DNA from: an uncultured delta proteobacterium
GTDB taxonomy: Bacteria > Desulfobacterota > Binatia > Binatales > Binataceae
Direction of reading: 5' to 3'
Assembly (NCBI GenBank): GCA_963794325.1
Contig: CAWCDG010000002.1
Coordinates: 544,001-608,000, forward strand
DNA: 64,000 nt
The stretch's first letter is position 1; the number at the start of each line of letters is the position of its first letter. The notes under the pieces are model-generated. The model did not search any database. It was not told the origin of the DNA and saw nothing but the letters and a program-made list of their open reading frames with translations. This document shows positions 1 to 8,665 of the stretch, one piece after another. The position numbers and the translations under genes are program-made.

Positions 1-754
1 GGCCCGTTGCCGCCATTGTTTGCGGGATCTTTAGCGTCTGCCAGCACATCCAGACCAGTACGATCGTTGCGATTGGGCCGAGGATCAGGCGGACTGCGAG
101 TAGTCCGAGATGCGAGGTGAATAGATCGTGCACGGCGGCGGCTGCGCTGGCGCTGCCGAGAATCGCGGGGAGTCCGATCGCGAGGCCGAGTGCGATCAGG
201 TCCGTGACCAGCACGATTCCCAGTAGTCGGACGAAGGTGCGCAAGTAATCGACCGGCATATCGAGATCGATCAGGTACCAATGGCCGAACAGCATCGCGC
301 CGCTCACCAGCCCCAATACCAGCGACGACGTGATTGCGGTCATCGCGTACGCCAGCGCCGCGACTGCGCCGAAGCCCGGCGGCATCAAGAGCATCACGTT
401 GGCAATCAGGGCGATGAGGCCGAGGACGAGGCCCGCCGCGTACGCTCGCGATCGCAGCAGACCGTTCTCGGTCCATAGCGTGTAGAGATAGACGGCGACG
501 GCGGCGCTCGACAACGTCCACATTGCAGCCGCGGTCCACAACGCGCCCGCGCCCGGCCCTGTGGATGCGCCGCCGCGCAACGCCAGCAGTCCCAATCCGA
601 TCGCAGTCGTCAACGATGCGGCCAAATAGACCGAAGCGCTCGATTTGTAGAAGCCACGCTCGACGTTGAAGAACGGCGGAATCGACAGCGCGAAGAGCCC
701 GCCCCAGGCGAGCTCTCCGAATACCAGGATAAAGCAGGCGGCAAATCTGGTCAC
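1..754 (-). CDS. Multi-pass membrane protein, 3' end outside window
   Basis: Manually translated from GTG at 754 (MTRFAACFILVFGELAWGGLFALSIPPFF...GHWYLID...QTMAATG); open to the window edge; several hydrophobic helices; not in the ORF track. Confidence 0.75.
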   Translation of the reverse strand, partial: MTRFAACFILVFGELAWGGLFALSIPPFFNVERGFYKSSASVYLAASLTTAIGLGLLALRGGASTGPGAGALWTAAAMWTLSSAAVAVYLYTLWTENGLLRSRAYAAGLVLGLIALIANVMLLMPPGFGAVAALAYAMTAITSSLVLGLVSGAMLFGHWYLIDLDMPVDYLRTFVRLLGIVLVTDLIALGLAIGLPAILGSASAAAAVHDLFTSHLGLLAVRLILGPIATIVLVWMCWQTLKIPQTMAATG

Positions 755-858
755 GCGGGAATACTACCGGTCGCGGCGCATCGCGGACACCGTACCGCTT
801 GCCCGGTTGTGCCCTTCGGTGGAATAAAGTGTCAGTTGGGGATGCGACGAGATACGAT

Positions 859-886
859 TAGACATCCGCCGCGGCGCGACTATAAT
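859..886 (+). promoter_or_regulatory. Putative sigma70 promoter
   Basis: TAGACA-N16-TATAAT upstream of the ORF at 922. Confidence 0.4.
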
Positions 887-921
887 TGAACTGAGACAGA
901 CAGGACTTACGGGGATAGAAC

Positions 922-1365
922 ATGCGGTCATCGAAAATTCTGGCATTGTTGGCAATCGGGTTGGCGTTCGCGCTTTCCGCCTGCGGCGCGATGGAAGCAG
1001 CTCGCCAGGAGCAAGTGCAAAAGCAGCAGGTGTTCGAGCATCGCGTCGATATGGCGCATATCTGGGTCACGACCGAAGCACCGGCGGCCGGCAAGCCGTA
1101 CTCGGAGCTTGGCGAACTGACGTACACGGAACCGTTCTCGCCTGACGCGATCGACGAGGCGAAGATCAGCGACAAGCTGAAGGCGATGGCGTTTGCGAAA
1201 TGGCCCGATACCATCGACGCGATCGTCGATGAGAATCAGACCACCTCGGCCGACGGCTCGCAGATCACGGTCACGGCGAAGGCGATCAAATACGACTCGT
1301 CGGTTGACCGCGAAGCCTTGCATCACATGAACGAGGGAATGGTCGCGTCGCCCAACGGCAACTAG
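922..1365 (+). CDS. Hypothetical lipoprotein
   Basis: Signal peptide with lipobox LSAC. Confidence 0.75.
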   Translation: MRSSKILALLAIGLAFALSACGAMEAARQEQVQKQQVFEHRVDMAHIWVTTEAPAAGKPYSELGELTYTEPFSPDAIDEAKISDKLKAMAFAKWPDTIDAIVDENQTTSADGSQITVTAKAIKYDSSVDREALHHMNEGMVASPNGN

Positions 1366-1448
1366 CGGCTCGCGTACAACTGGACCTGAAGCGGGCGCGT
1401 CGCGGAAACAATTCCGCGATGCGCCCTTTTTTTGAAGGAGGGTTGCCG

Positions 1449-1799
1449 ATGATGAAGCGAATGGTGCCGAACATCTTTTACAGCAGGTTGAGCGACGGGC
1501 TCGACCTTTTCGTCACTTGCCTCGGCTTCAAGGTGCTCCACCTGAACGCGACGCTCGCGGTGATCGAACGCGACGGCGCCAAGGCGCATCTGATCGAAAA
1601 TGCGGAGTTTGCTGCGAAGGATCGCCCGCAGATCACTATCGAGACCGATGATATCGACGAGCTGTATCGCGAGATTCAATCACGAGCGCCCGAGATGCTT
1701 CATCCCAATTCGAAAACGGTCGAGAAGAAGCCGTGGGGCGCGCGCGAGTTTGGCGTCCTCGACAAGACCGACGTCTGCGTGGTGTTTCAGCAGTTCTAA
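1449..1799 (+). CDS. VOC/glyoxalase family protein
   Basis: LGF, DDIDELY and KPWGAREFGVLD motifs; GAAGGAGG RBS before ATG 1449. Confidence 0.85.
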   Translation: MMKRMVPNIFYSRLSDGLDLFVTCLGFKVLHLNATLAVIERDGAKAHLIENAEFAAKDRPQITIETDDIDELYREIQSRAPEMLHPNSKTVEKKPWGAREFGVLDKTDVCVVFQQF

Positions 1800-1810
1800 C
1801 TGTTGGAGAT

Positions 1811-2080
1811 TCAGGCGGGCGCCGACTCGGCCAGCAGACCGTCGAGCTTGCCGGCGTCGTTGAGCGCCTTCAATTCATCGAAACCGCCGACAATTTTGCC
1901 GTTGATGAAAATTTCGGGGACCGACCGGCGTCCGCCGGACAGCTCGATCATCTTCGCGCGCAACGCGTCATCATCGGTCACGTCGATTTCGACGAACGGG
2001 ATATTCTTGCTCTTGAGCAGGCTCTTGGCCCGCGTGCAGAACGGGCAGTAGGTGGTGGTATAGACTTCGACTTTCGCCAC
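1811..2080 (-). CDS. grxC: Glutaredoxin 3
   Basis: CPFC active site, SVPEIFI and GGFDEL; GTG start at 2080 with GAGG RBS. Confidence 0.9.
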   Translation of the reverse strand: MAKVEVYTTTYCPFCTRAKSLLKSKNIPFVEIDVTDDDALRAKMIELSGGRRSVPEIFINGKIVGGFDELKALNDAGKLDGLLAESAPA

Positions 2081-2143
2081 GGCGTACCTCGCTGGAATCA
2101 TTGTTATCCGCGCGCGAAAGCCTGTCCAGTATCTTTCGGATTG

Positions 2144-2839
2144 CTAGCGGGTGTCGGAGTATATGCGTTTGAGGCGGGCGGGCGGCACGCCCATCAGGTA
2201 CATCGAGCGAATCAACCACATCCGGACGACGGTGCGTGCGATGCCGTCGCGAGTCCATCGCCGCGCCGACGTGGTCACTCGGCAGCGCAGGCATGCGACG
2301 CGTCCAGCGCGCTTGAGGCGTCGCGAGAACTCGAGGTCCTCGCACAGATCGAACTCAGGAAATCCGCCGAGACGATCGAAGACGCCGCGCCGCACGAAAA
2401 TAGCCTGATCGCCGGTGGCAGTGCGGCTGATTCGTGAGCGTAGGCTGATCATCGTACCAATGATTCGATAGGGCAGGGCATTCGCATCGAGCTTCACGTC
2501 AAAGCGCCCGCCGACCACCGAGGGATCGGATAGCGCCGACGCGATGTCAGCGACGAATGTCATCGGCACGATCGTATCTGCATGTACGAACACCAATGCG
2601 TCGCCGTGCGATGCGCGCGCGCCCGCGTTCATCTGAAGCGCCCGGCCGCGCGATCCTGCTAGCAGCACATCGCACATCGGCCGTGCGATGTCGACGCTCG
2701 CGTCGGCGCTGCCGCCATCAACGACTACAATTTCCGCTTCGCGAGCGCCGCGGCGAATTGCTTGCAGCGTGCGCGCGATAGTCGCCGCCTCGTTGAGCAT
2801 CGGCACGATTACCGAAAGCGTTTTCAATTTCCGAATCAA
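2144..2839 (-). CDS. GT2 glycosyltransferase, TIGR04283-like
   Basis: LSVIVPMLNEA, VVDGGS, GRALQMNAGA, FVHADT, TGDQAIFV, EDLEF and TSARRW motifs. Confidence 0.85.
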   Translation of the reverse strand: MIRKLKTLSVIVPMLNEAATIARTLQAIRRGAREAEIVVVDGGSADASVDIARPMCDVLLAGSRGRALQMNAGARASHGDALVFVHADTIVPMTFVADIASALSDPSVVGGRFDVKLDANALPYRIIGTMISLRSRISRTATGDQAIFVRRGVFDRLGGFPEFDLCEDLEFSRRLKRAGRVACLRCRVTTSARRWTRDGIARTVVRMWLIRSMYLMGVPPARLKRIYSDTR

Positions 2840-3504
2840 TCCACCGGAGGATTTACCAATGGCGGAGAATTCGACGTCGAGGAGTCGCCCTTGATGATCA
2901 CGCGGCGCCCCTGAATTTCGAGACGGCCCTGCTGGAACAGAGAGATCGCGTGCGGGAAGATGCGATGCTCCTGCTGCAGGATGCGCGCGGCGAGACGATC
3001 CTCATCGTCGCCCTGCAACACGGGCACCGCAGCTTGCACGATCACCGGCCCGACATCGACGCCGGGAGTGACGAAGAAAACCGTGCATCCAGCGATCTTG
3101 ACGCCGTATTCAAGAGCGTCCTTTGGACCGTGGATTCCGGGAAACGACGGCAGCAGGCTGTTGTGAATATTCATGATGCGGCCGGGGAACGCGTCGAGCA
3201 TCACGGACGACAGCAGGCGCATGAAGCCGGCGAGCGCGACCAGCTCGACGGAACGATCGCGCAGTGCGGCAAGGAGCGCGCGGTCGAAATCTTCGCGCGA
3301 CGGAAACTTGCGATGCTCGATGACGGCGGTCTCGATTCCATGGCGGCGGGCACGCTCGAGTCCCTGCGCGTCCGGACGATTGGAGATGACGAGACGGATT
3401 TCGGCTTTGAGCTCGCCGCGCAGAATCGCATCGATTATCGCTTGCAGGTTGGAGCCGGTACCGGAAATCAGAACGCCGAGTTTGACCGTCGAATTTTCCG
3501 CCAT
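2836..3504 (-). CDS. purN: Phosphoribosylglycinamide formyltransferase
   Basis: LISGTGSNLQA, LAGFMRLL, NIHNSLLPSFPG, EHRIFP. Confidence 0.95.
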   Translation of the reverse strand: MAENSTVKLGVLISGTGSNLQAIIDAILRGELKAEIRLVISNRPDAQGLERARRHGIETAVIEHRKFPSREDFDRALLAALRDRSVELVALAGFMRLLSSVMLDAFPGRIMNIHNSLLPSFPGIHGPKDALEYGVKIAGCTVFFVTPGVDVGPVIVQAAVPVLQGDDEDRLAARILQQEHRIFPHAISLFQQGRLEIQGRRVIIKGDSSTSNSPPLVNPPVD

Positions 3505-3533
3505 CGAATTAGCTTTTGCTGTTGCTCACTGGC

Positions 3534-4568
3534 TCAGCGAATCGACACTCCGCGCTTGCCGCGCGTTACTTCGCCGACAACATAGGCCGCGTATGTTCGC
3601 CGGAGCAGGTGAGCGACCACGCGGTCGGCCTCGCGTGCCGGCACAATCGCGACCATCCCGAGGCCGTTGTTGAAGGTTCGATCCATTTCGGCGCGTGAGA
3701 TTTTGCCGAGGCGCTGGATCAAGCTGAAAATCGGTGGCGTCGGCCAGCTGCCCCGCTCGATTATTGCTCGAGTATCCTTCGGCATCACGCGCGGCAGGTT
3801 TTCGAGCACGCCGCCGCCGGTGATGTTGGCGAGGCCGTTTATTTTGAAGCGCTCGAACAGTTCGCCGACGACTTTCGCGTAGATAAGTGTAGGGCGCAGG
3901 AGTTCTTCGCCGAGCGTGCATCCGAGCTCGTCGATGTGCGACGCGAGCTTGAGTTTCGCGCGCTGCACAACGCGGCGCACCAGTGAAAAGCCGTTGGAGT
4001 GAAGTCCGCTCGAAGCGATTCCGATCAGCACGTCGCCGGCGCGGACGCTCGACGGCTCGGGGATTCGCGCGCGCTCGACGATCCCGACCGCGAAGCCGGC
4101 CAAATCGTACTCGCCGGGCTTGTAGAGTCCGCTGAGTTGCGCGGTCTCGCCGCCGACCAGGCTCATCCCGGCTTGATCGCATCCGCGGGCGACGCCCTTG
4201 ACGATATCGACCGCAGTCTTCTTTTCGAGCTTTCCCGAGCCGATGTAATCGAGAAAGAACATCGGGCGCGCGGCGTGACAGATGATGTCGTTGACGCACA
4301 TCGCGACGCAGTCGATGCCGACGGTGTCGTGACGGCCGGTCGCGAACGCGATCATCAGCTTGGTGCCGACGCTGTCGGTGCCCGCGACCAGCACCGGCGC
4401 GCGCATCTTGCGGGCGCCGTTGAGTCCGATCAGCGCGCCGAAGCCGCCGACGCCGCCGATGACGTGCGCGCCGGAGGTGGTCTTCGCGATCGAGCCGAAC
4501 AGCGGAATCAGGCTCTGTTTCAACGCGATATCGACGCCGGCCTCTTTGTAAGTCATCGCGGTCGCCAT
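3534..4568 (-). CDS. purM: Phosphoribosylformylglycinamidine cyclo-ligase
   Basis: YKEAGVDI, GTDSVGTK, GGETA, SSGLHSNGFSL, ITGGG. Confidence 0.95.
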   Translation of the reverse strand: MATAMTYKEAGVDIALKQSLIPLFGSIAKTTSGAHVIGGVGGFGALIGLNGARKMRAPVLVAGTDSVGTKLMIAFATGRHDTVGIDCVAMCVNDIICHAARPMFFLDYIGSGKLEKKTAVDIVKGVARGCDQAGMSLVGGETAQLSGLYKPGEYDLAGFAVGIVERARIPEPSSVRAGDVLIGIASSGLHSNGFSLVRRVVQRAKLKLASHIDELGCTLGEELLRPTLIYAKVVGELFERFKINGLANITGGGVLENLPRVMPKDTRAIIERGSWPTPPIFSLIQRLGKISRAEMDRTFNNGLGMVAIVPAREADRVVAHLLRRTYAAYVVGEVTRGKRGVSIR

Positions 4569-5145
4569 CAGTTCGATTTCCTCCGCCGCGCGAGTATCGA
4601 CGCACGGAAACTGTGATCGCCGTTCGGGTAGGTTACGCGGCCTTCGCGGTATTCCTCGATATCGAGTCCGGCTGCCAGTGCGCGGAGCTCTCCGTGCGCG
4701 AGCAGAAAACGCGGATCGCGCGGATGGCCGATCGCGGCCTGGTCAATCAAGAAGGTGTCGGCGATAAGAACGCCGCCGGGCCGCAGTGCGCGCTGCAGAA
4801 ATTCGGGAACAGCGCGCGGTCGAGGAAATTTATATTCACGATAGCGTCGAAAGATTCGTCCTTGAGATGGAAGTTATCCAAGTTTGCGACCACGGGCCAG
4901 ATGCCGAGCCGGGCGTCGCGCGCCGTCGCGGCAAGCAGGCGCATCGCTTCGGCAGAATAATCAGCCGCGACGACCGTCATACCCGCTCGCGCGAGCGCGA
5001 ACGAGTTACGCCCGCGTCCGGCGGCAACGTCGAGCGCGACGCCGCGCGGGATTCGCGCGAGCATCTCGACCAGGAACGGCTCCGCGTCGCCAGCCGCTTT
5101 GCCGCGATGCCGCTCGTCCCACTTGGCCTGGCCCGCCTCGCTCAT
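4568..5145 (-). pseudogene. Class I SAM-dependent methyltransferase, frameshifted near 4800
   Basis: The N-terminal half has ALDVAAGRGRN. The C-terminal half (LQRALRPGGVLIADTF...HPRDPRFLL) is in another frame. Total span of 578 nt is not a multiple of 3. Confidence 0.8.
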
Positions 5146-5876
5146 AGCACGCGGGCGAGGGTGAAGACGTCCACGGATGCCGCGCCTGCGGCGATCAGCA
5201 CACGGGCGCATTCGTCGACGGTGGCGCCGGTGGTCATCACGTCGTCAACGATCAGTACGCGGCGATTTTTGATGGGATCGGGATTCGTCACGGCGAACGC
5301 GCGGCGGACGTTCTTGATGCGCTCGTCATGGTGGCGCGAGGTCTGCGGCGTGGTGAAGCGCCGGCGCGTCATCGCGGTGGTGTCGAGCGGGAGATTCAGA
5401 CGATGCGCGACTTCGGCGGCGAGCAGCGCGGCCTGGTTGAATCCGCGCCACCACAAGCGCCGCCAATGAAGCGGCACTGGAATCACCACGTCGTAATCGG
5501 CAGCCAGTACCGGCAGATCGTCGCCCAAATATTCCACCAGCGCGCGCCCGACCGACTGGTCGAGGCCGTACTTGTGACGGCGAATCAGTGCGGGCAGAGT
5601 GCCGGGCTCGTCCTCCGCGGTGGTGCGGTAGCGCGCGATAGTCCGTGCGATTCGGTAGTGCGGCGGATGCGCGAGGCATCGCGCGCAGCGGGTTGCGCCG
5701 CTGCTGGCGGACTCGAGCGGTCCGCCGCAAATTTCGCAGCGCGGATTCGGCACCAGCTCGACTCTCGCGACGCATCGCGCGCAAACCCGGCGTCCCGGCT
5801 CGCCGGCCAGCGGCGTCCCGCACGCGGCGCATCGGGGCGGGTAGAGAAAGTCCAGAACCTGGGCGAGCGCGGGCAT
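5142..5876 (-). CDS. comF: ComF family protein (double zinc ribbon plus PRTase)
   Basis: CxxC pairs, PVPLH, RGFNQA, VDDVMTTGAT. Confidence 0.9.
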   Translation of the reverse strand: MPALAQVLDFLYPPRCAACGTPLAGEPGRRVCARCVARVELVPNPRCEICGGPLESASSGATRCARCLAHPPHYRIARTIARYRTTAEDEPGTLPALIRRHKYGLDQSVGRALVEYLGDDLPVLAADYDVVIPVPLHWRRLWWRGFNQAALLAAEVAHRLNLPLDTTAMTRRRFTTPQTSRHHDERIKNVRRAFAVTNPDPIKNRRVLIVDDVMTTGATVDECARVLIAAGAASVDVFTLARVL

Positions 5877-5935
5877 ATATGATTGATCCGTCCGCCAGCG
5901 CCCAAACTCAAGAGGGTTGTGGTATAGAGAAATGC

Positions 5936-7150
5936 ATGAGCGGACCGCTTGACGGAATTCGAATTATCGACTGGACGATCTGGCAGCAGGGGCCGGTCGC
6001 CACGCAGATGCTCGCCGACCTGGGCGCCGAGGTTATCAAGATAGAAGAGCGCGAGCGGGGCGACCCGGGGCGCGGAATAACGGCGGTCGCGGGCAGTGCG
6101 ACCAACAAGGGCGGGCGCAATTATTATTTCGAGGCCAACAACAAGCACAAGAAGAGTATCGCGCTGAATCTCAAGCAGCCCGAGGCGCGCGAGATCGTGC
6201 ATCGACTGGCGCGCCACAGCGACGTCTTCGTGCAGAATTTTCGCAAGGGCGTCGCGCATCGACTCGGACTCGGCTATGCGGACCTCGTGACGATTAACCC
6301 GCGAATCATTTATGCGAGCGCGTCGGGCTACGGCCCCGAGGGACCCGACAGCGGCGAGCCGTCGTTCGATTACCTGGGGCAGGCGCGATCGGGAATCATG
6401 AACGCAGTCGGCAGCGGGAGCACGACGCCGACCTACGTATACGGCGGAATCGCCGATCAGATGGGCGCGATAATGCTCGCATACGGCGTGCTGGCGGCAT
6501 TGTTCGCGCGCGAGCGCACCAACCTCGGGCAGGAAGTTGACGCGTCGCATCTGGGATCGATGATGGCGCTGCAGGGACTCAACGTCGTCGCGCGAACGAT
6601 CATGGGCAAGGAGTTTCCGCGCAACACGCGGGCCAACGCGTACAATCCGCTGTGGAATCACTATCGATGCGCCGACGACAAATGGATTTCATTGGCGATG
6701 CTTCAGCCGGACCGCTACTGGAAAGAGTTCTGCGAAGTTATCGGAAAGCCGGAATTGATCGAGGATCCGCGCTTCGCCGAAGTCAAAACTCGGGGCAAGA
6801 ACTCGGCCGCGGTGGTGGCGATATTCGACGAGGTGTTTGCGACGCGCCCGCGCCACGAGTGGATGGGAATTCTCAAGGGCCGCGGCGACTTCATCTATAC
6901 GATAGTCAATTCGGTGACTGATCTGCCCGACGATCCACAGGTCAGGGCCAACGATTACGTGGTCGATTACGATCATCCCGCGCTCGGAAATCTGACGCTG
7001 CTCGGGATGCCGGTGAAGTTGAGCGCGACGCCGGGCGAGCCGCGCGGGCATGCGCCGGAACTCGGCGAGCATACCGAGCTGCTGCTGACCGAGATGCTTG
7101 GTTACTCGTGGGACGATGTCGCGCGGCTGCGCGAAGCCAACGTGATTTGA
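5936..7150 (+). CDS. CaiB/BaiF family III CoA-transferase
   Basis: GPLDGIRIID, LADLGAEVIKIE, NFRKG, SGYGPEGP, APELGEHT. Confidence 0.92.
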   Translation: MSGPLDGIRIIDWTIWQQGPVATQMLADLGAEVIKIEERERGDPGRGITAVAGSATNKGGRNYYFEANNKHKKSIALNLKQPEAREIVHRLARHSDVFVQNFRKGVAHRLGLGYADLVTINPRIIYASASGYGPEGPDSGEPSFDYLGQARSGIMNAVGSGSTTPTYVYGGIADQMGAIMLAYGVLAALFARERTNLGQEVDASHLGSMMALQGLNVVARTIMGKEFPRNTRANAYNPLWNHYRCADDKWISLAMLQPDRYWKEFCEVIGKPELIEDPRFAEVKTRGKNSAAVVAIFDEVFATRPRHEWMGILKGRGDFIYTIVNSVTDLPDDPQVRANDYVVDYDHPALGNLTLLGMPVKLSATPGEPRGHAPELGEHTELLLTEMLGYSWDDVARLREANVI

Positions 7151-7169
7151 ACCTTGAGGAGCTGACGCA

Positions 7170-7580
7170 ATGGCGATCACAGGATCAATCGAAGACCGCG
7201 AAGAAGTCCGCGTGCTGCATGCGCGCTACTGCCTGATGCTGGACACCGGCCGCTTCGACGAGTGGATCGATTGCTTCACCGAGGACGGCGTGTTCGAGAG
7301 TCCGCGCTTCGGCCGGCACGCTGGACGCGACGGGCTCAAGCGATTCACCGCGATGTACAAGGAGTCGCTCGGCGGCGCGCAGATTCTGCACGTGGTCGCG
7401 AATCCCGCTTTCGATCTCGACGGCCAAAGCGGCAGTGGCATCTCCTACCTGCTGTACTACCACTGCAAGGAAGGCAGGGTGCAGCAATCGACGGTAGGCT
7501 ACTACACCGACCAGTTGCGTAAGATTCCCGCGGGATGGCGCTTTGCGAGCCGCCAGGTTACGATCCTCGGGCACCATTGA
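7170..7580 (+). CDS. SnoaL/NTF2-like protein
   Basis: ARYC..LD, FTEDG, GYYTDQL and GWRFASR pattern. Confidence 0.85.
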   Translation: MAITGSIEDREEVRVLHARYCLMLDTGRFDEWIDCFTEDGVFESPRFGRHAGRDGLKRFTAMYKESLGGAQILHVVANPAFDLDGQSGSGISYLLYYHCKEGRVQQSTVGYYTDQLRKIPAGWRFASRQVTILGHH

Positions 7581-7722
7581 GGCGCAGGCGCGCGACCTGA
7601 ATTTTTCGCTGGACCCACTTTCCCACTCTGATAGCATTTTCATAGTGTCCCGTTTCTTCGGAAGAGGGCATCGGAGCGCAAGCCCGCGCGTGACCTTTCA
7701 AACCGCAGGTTGAGGACAAATT

Positions 7723-8229
7723 ATGGATCAATCGACAGGTGAGCTGATCAGCCGGCTATCACGGCTGGAGTCGCAACAGGCCAGTCTCCAGCGCAGCAAC
7801 AAGCATCTGCGGATGATGACCGGCGCGCTGATGCTGCTATGCGGCGCGCTGTTCACGATGGCGGAGACGAGCTCCACGGTGCCGGACACCCTGGAAGCGC
7901 AACAGTTCCTGCTGCGCGACAGTAGCGGCAAGTTGCGCGGCTCGATGGGCGTCCTGTCCGACGGCGCAGTGGGACTTAATCTTTCCGACCCCAGCGGCCG
8001 CACCCGAGTGACTGTTGATCTCGCTTCGAACGGTACTCCCGGTGTGGACCTCTACGATCAGGACGGCAAGGTCCGCGCAACTATGGCGCTTGGGGATGCC
8101 GGCCAACCCGGAGTCGGTCTCTACGGTCCCGACGGCCATCTGCGAACCGCGCTGGATATCCCGAAGAAGGGCACTCCGGGCTTGTCGTTCTATCACGACG
8201 ACGGCAAGCCGGGGTGGGGAGCTCCCTAA
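7723..8229 (+). CDS. Hypothetical membrane-anchored beta-repeat protein
   Basis: Coiled coil plus TM helix followed by about 22-aa repeats (LxDxxGxxR); GAGG RBS. Confidence 0.75.
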   Translation: MDQSTGELISRLSRLESQQASLQRSNKHLRMMTGALMLLCGALFTMAETSSTVPDTLEAQQFLLRDSSGKLRGSMGVLSDGAVGLNLSDPSGRTRVTVDLASNGTPGVDLYDQDGKVRATMALGDAGQPGVGLYGPDGHLRTALDIPKKGTPGLSFYHDDGKPGWGAP

Positions 8230-8230
8230 C

Positions 8231-8575
8231 ATGTATGCACAGGGAAGATATTTCAGGCCGGGTCGTGTAATTGGAGCGGCCGTATTGCTCGGAGTGATCG
8301 CATTGAGCGGCTGCTATGACGAAGGCGGCTACTACGGCGGCGGTTACCCTTCGTATGGCTATGCGCCGTACTCATATGGTTGGGGCGGGGGTTGGGGAAA
8401 TGGCTGGGGCTATCGTCCTGACTTCGACGAGCACCATTCGTGGGAGGGACATTCCGGCTACGGCGGCCATCATACGGAGTTTTACCACGGCGGCGGTGAG
8501 GTTGGTCATGAGGGCGGCGGAGGCTTTCACGGTGGAGGTGGAGGAGGACACGGCGGTGGTGGCGGCCATCGTTGA
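8231..8575 (+). CDS. Gly/Tyr/His-rich lipoprotein
   Basis: ATG 1 nt after the upstream stop; lipobox LSGC; low-complexity tail. Confidence 0.65.
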   Translation: MYAQGRYFRPGRVIGAAVLLGVIALSGCYDEGGYYGGGYPSYGYAPYSYGWGGGWGNGWGYRPDFDEHHSWEGHSGYGGHHTEFYHGGGEVGHEGGGGFHGGGGGGHGGGGGHR

Positions 8576-8604
8576 ATGACACGCGACCTCTCCCCTAAAC
8601 AGAA

Positions 8605-8652
8605 ACGAAGCGGCGCCGGATCGCGAATACGATCCGGCGCCGCATTCTTTTC
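8605..8652. terminator. Terminator hairpin between convergent genes
   Basis: 14-bp perfect stem GCGGCGCCGGATCG/CGATCCGGCGCCGC followed by TTCTTTT. Confidence 0.75.
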
Positions 8653-8665
8653 AGTGACTACGTCC

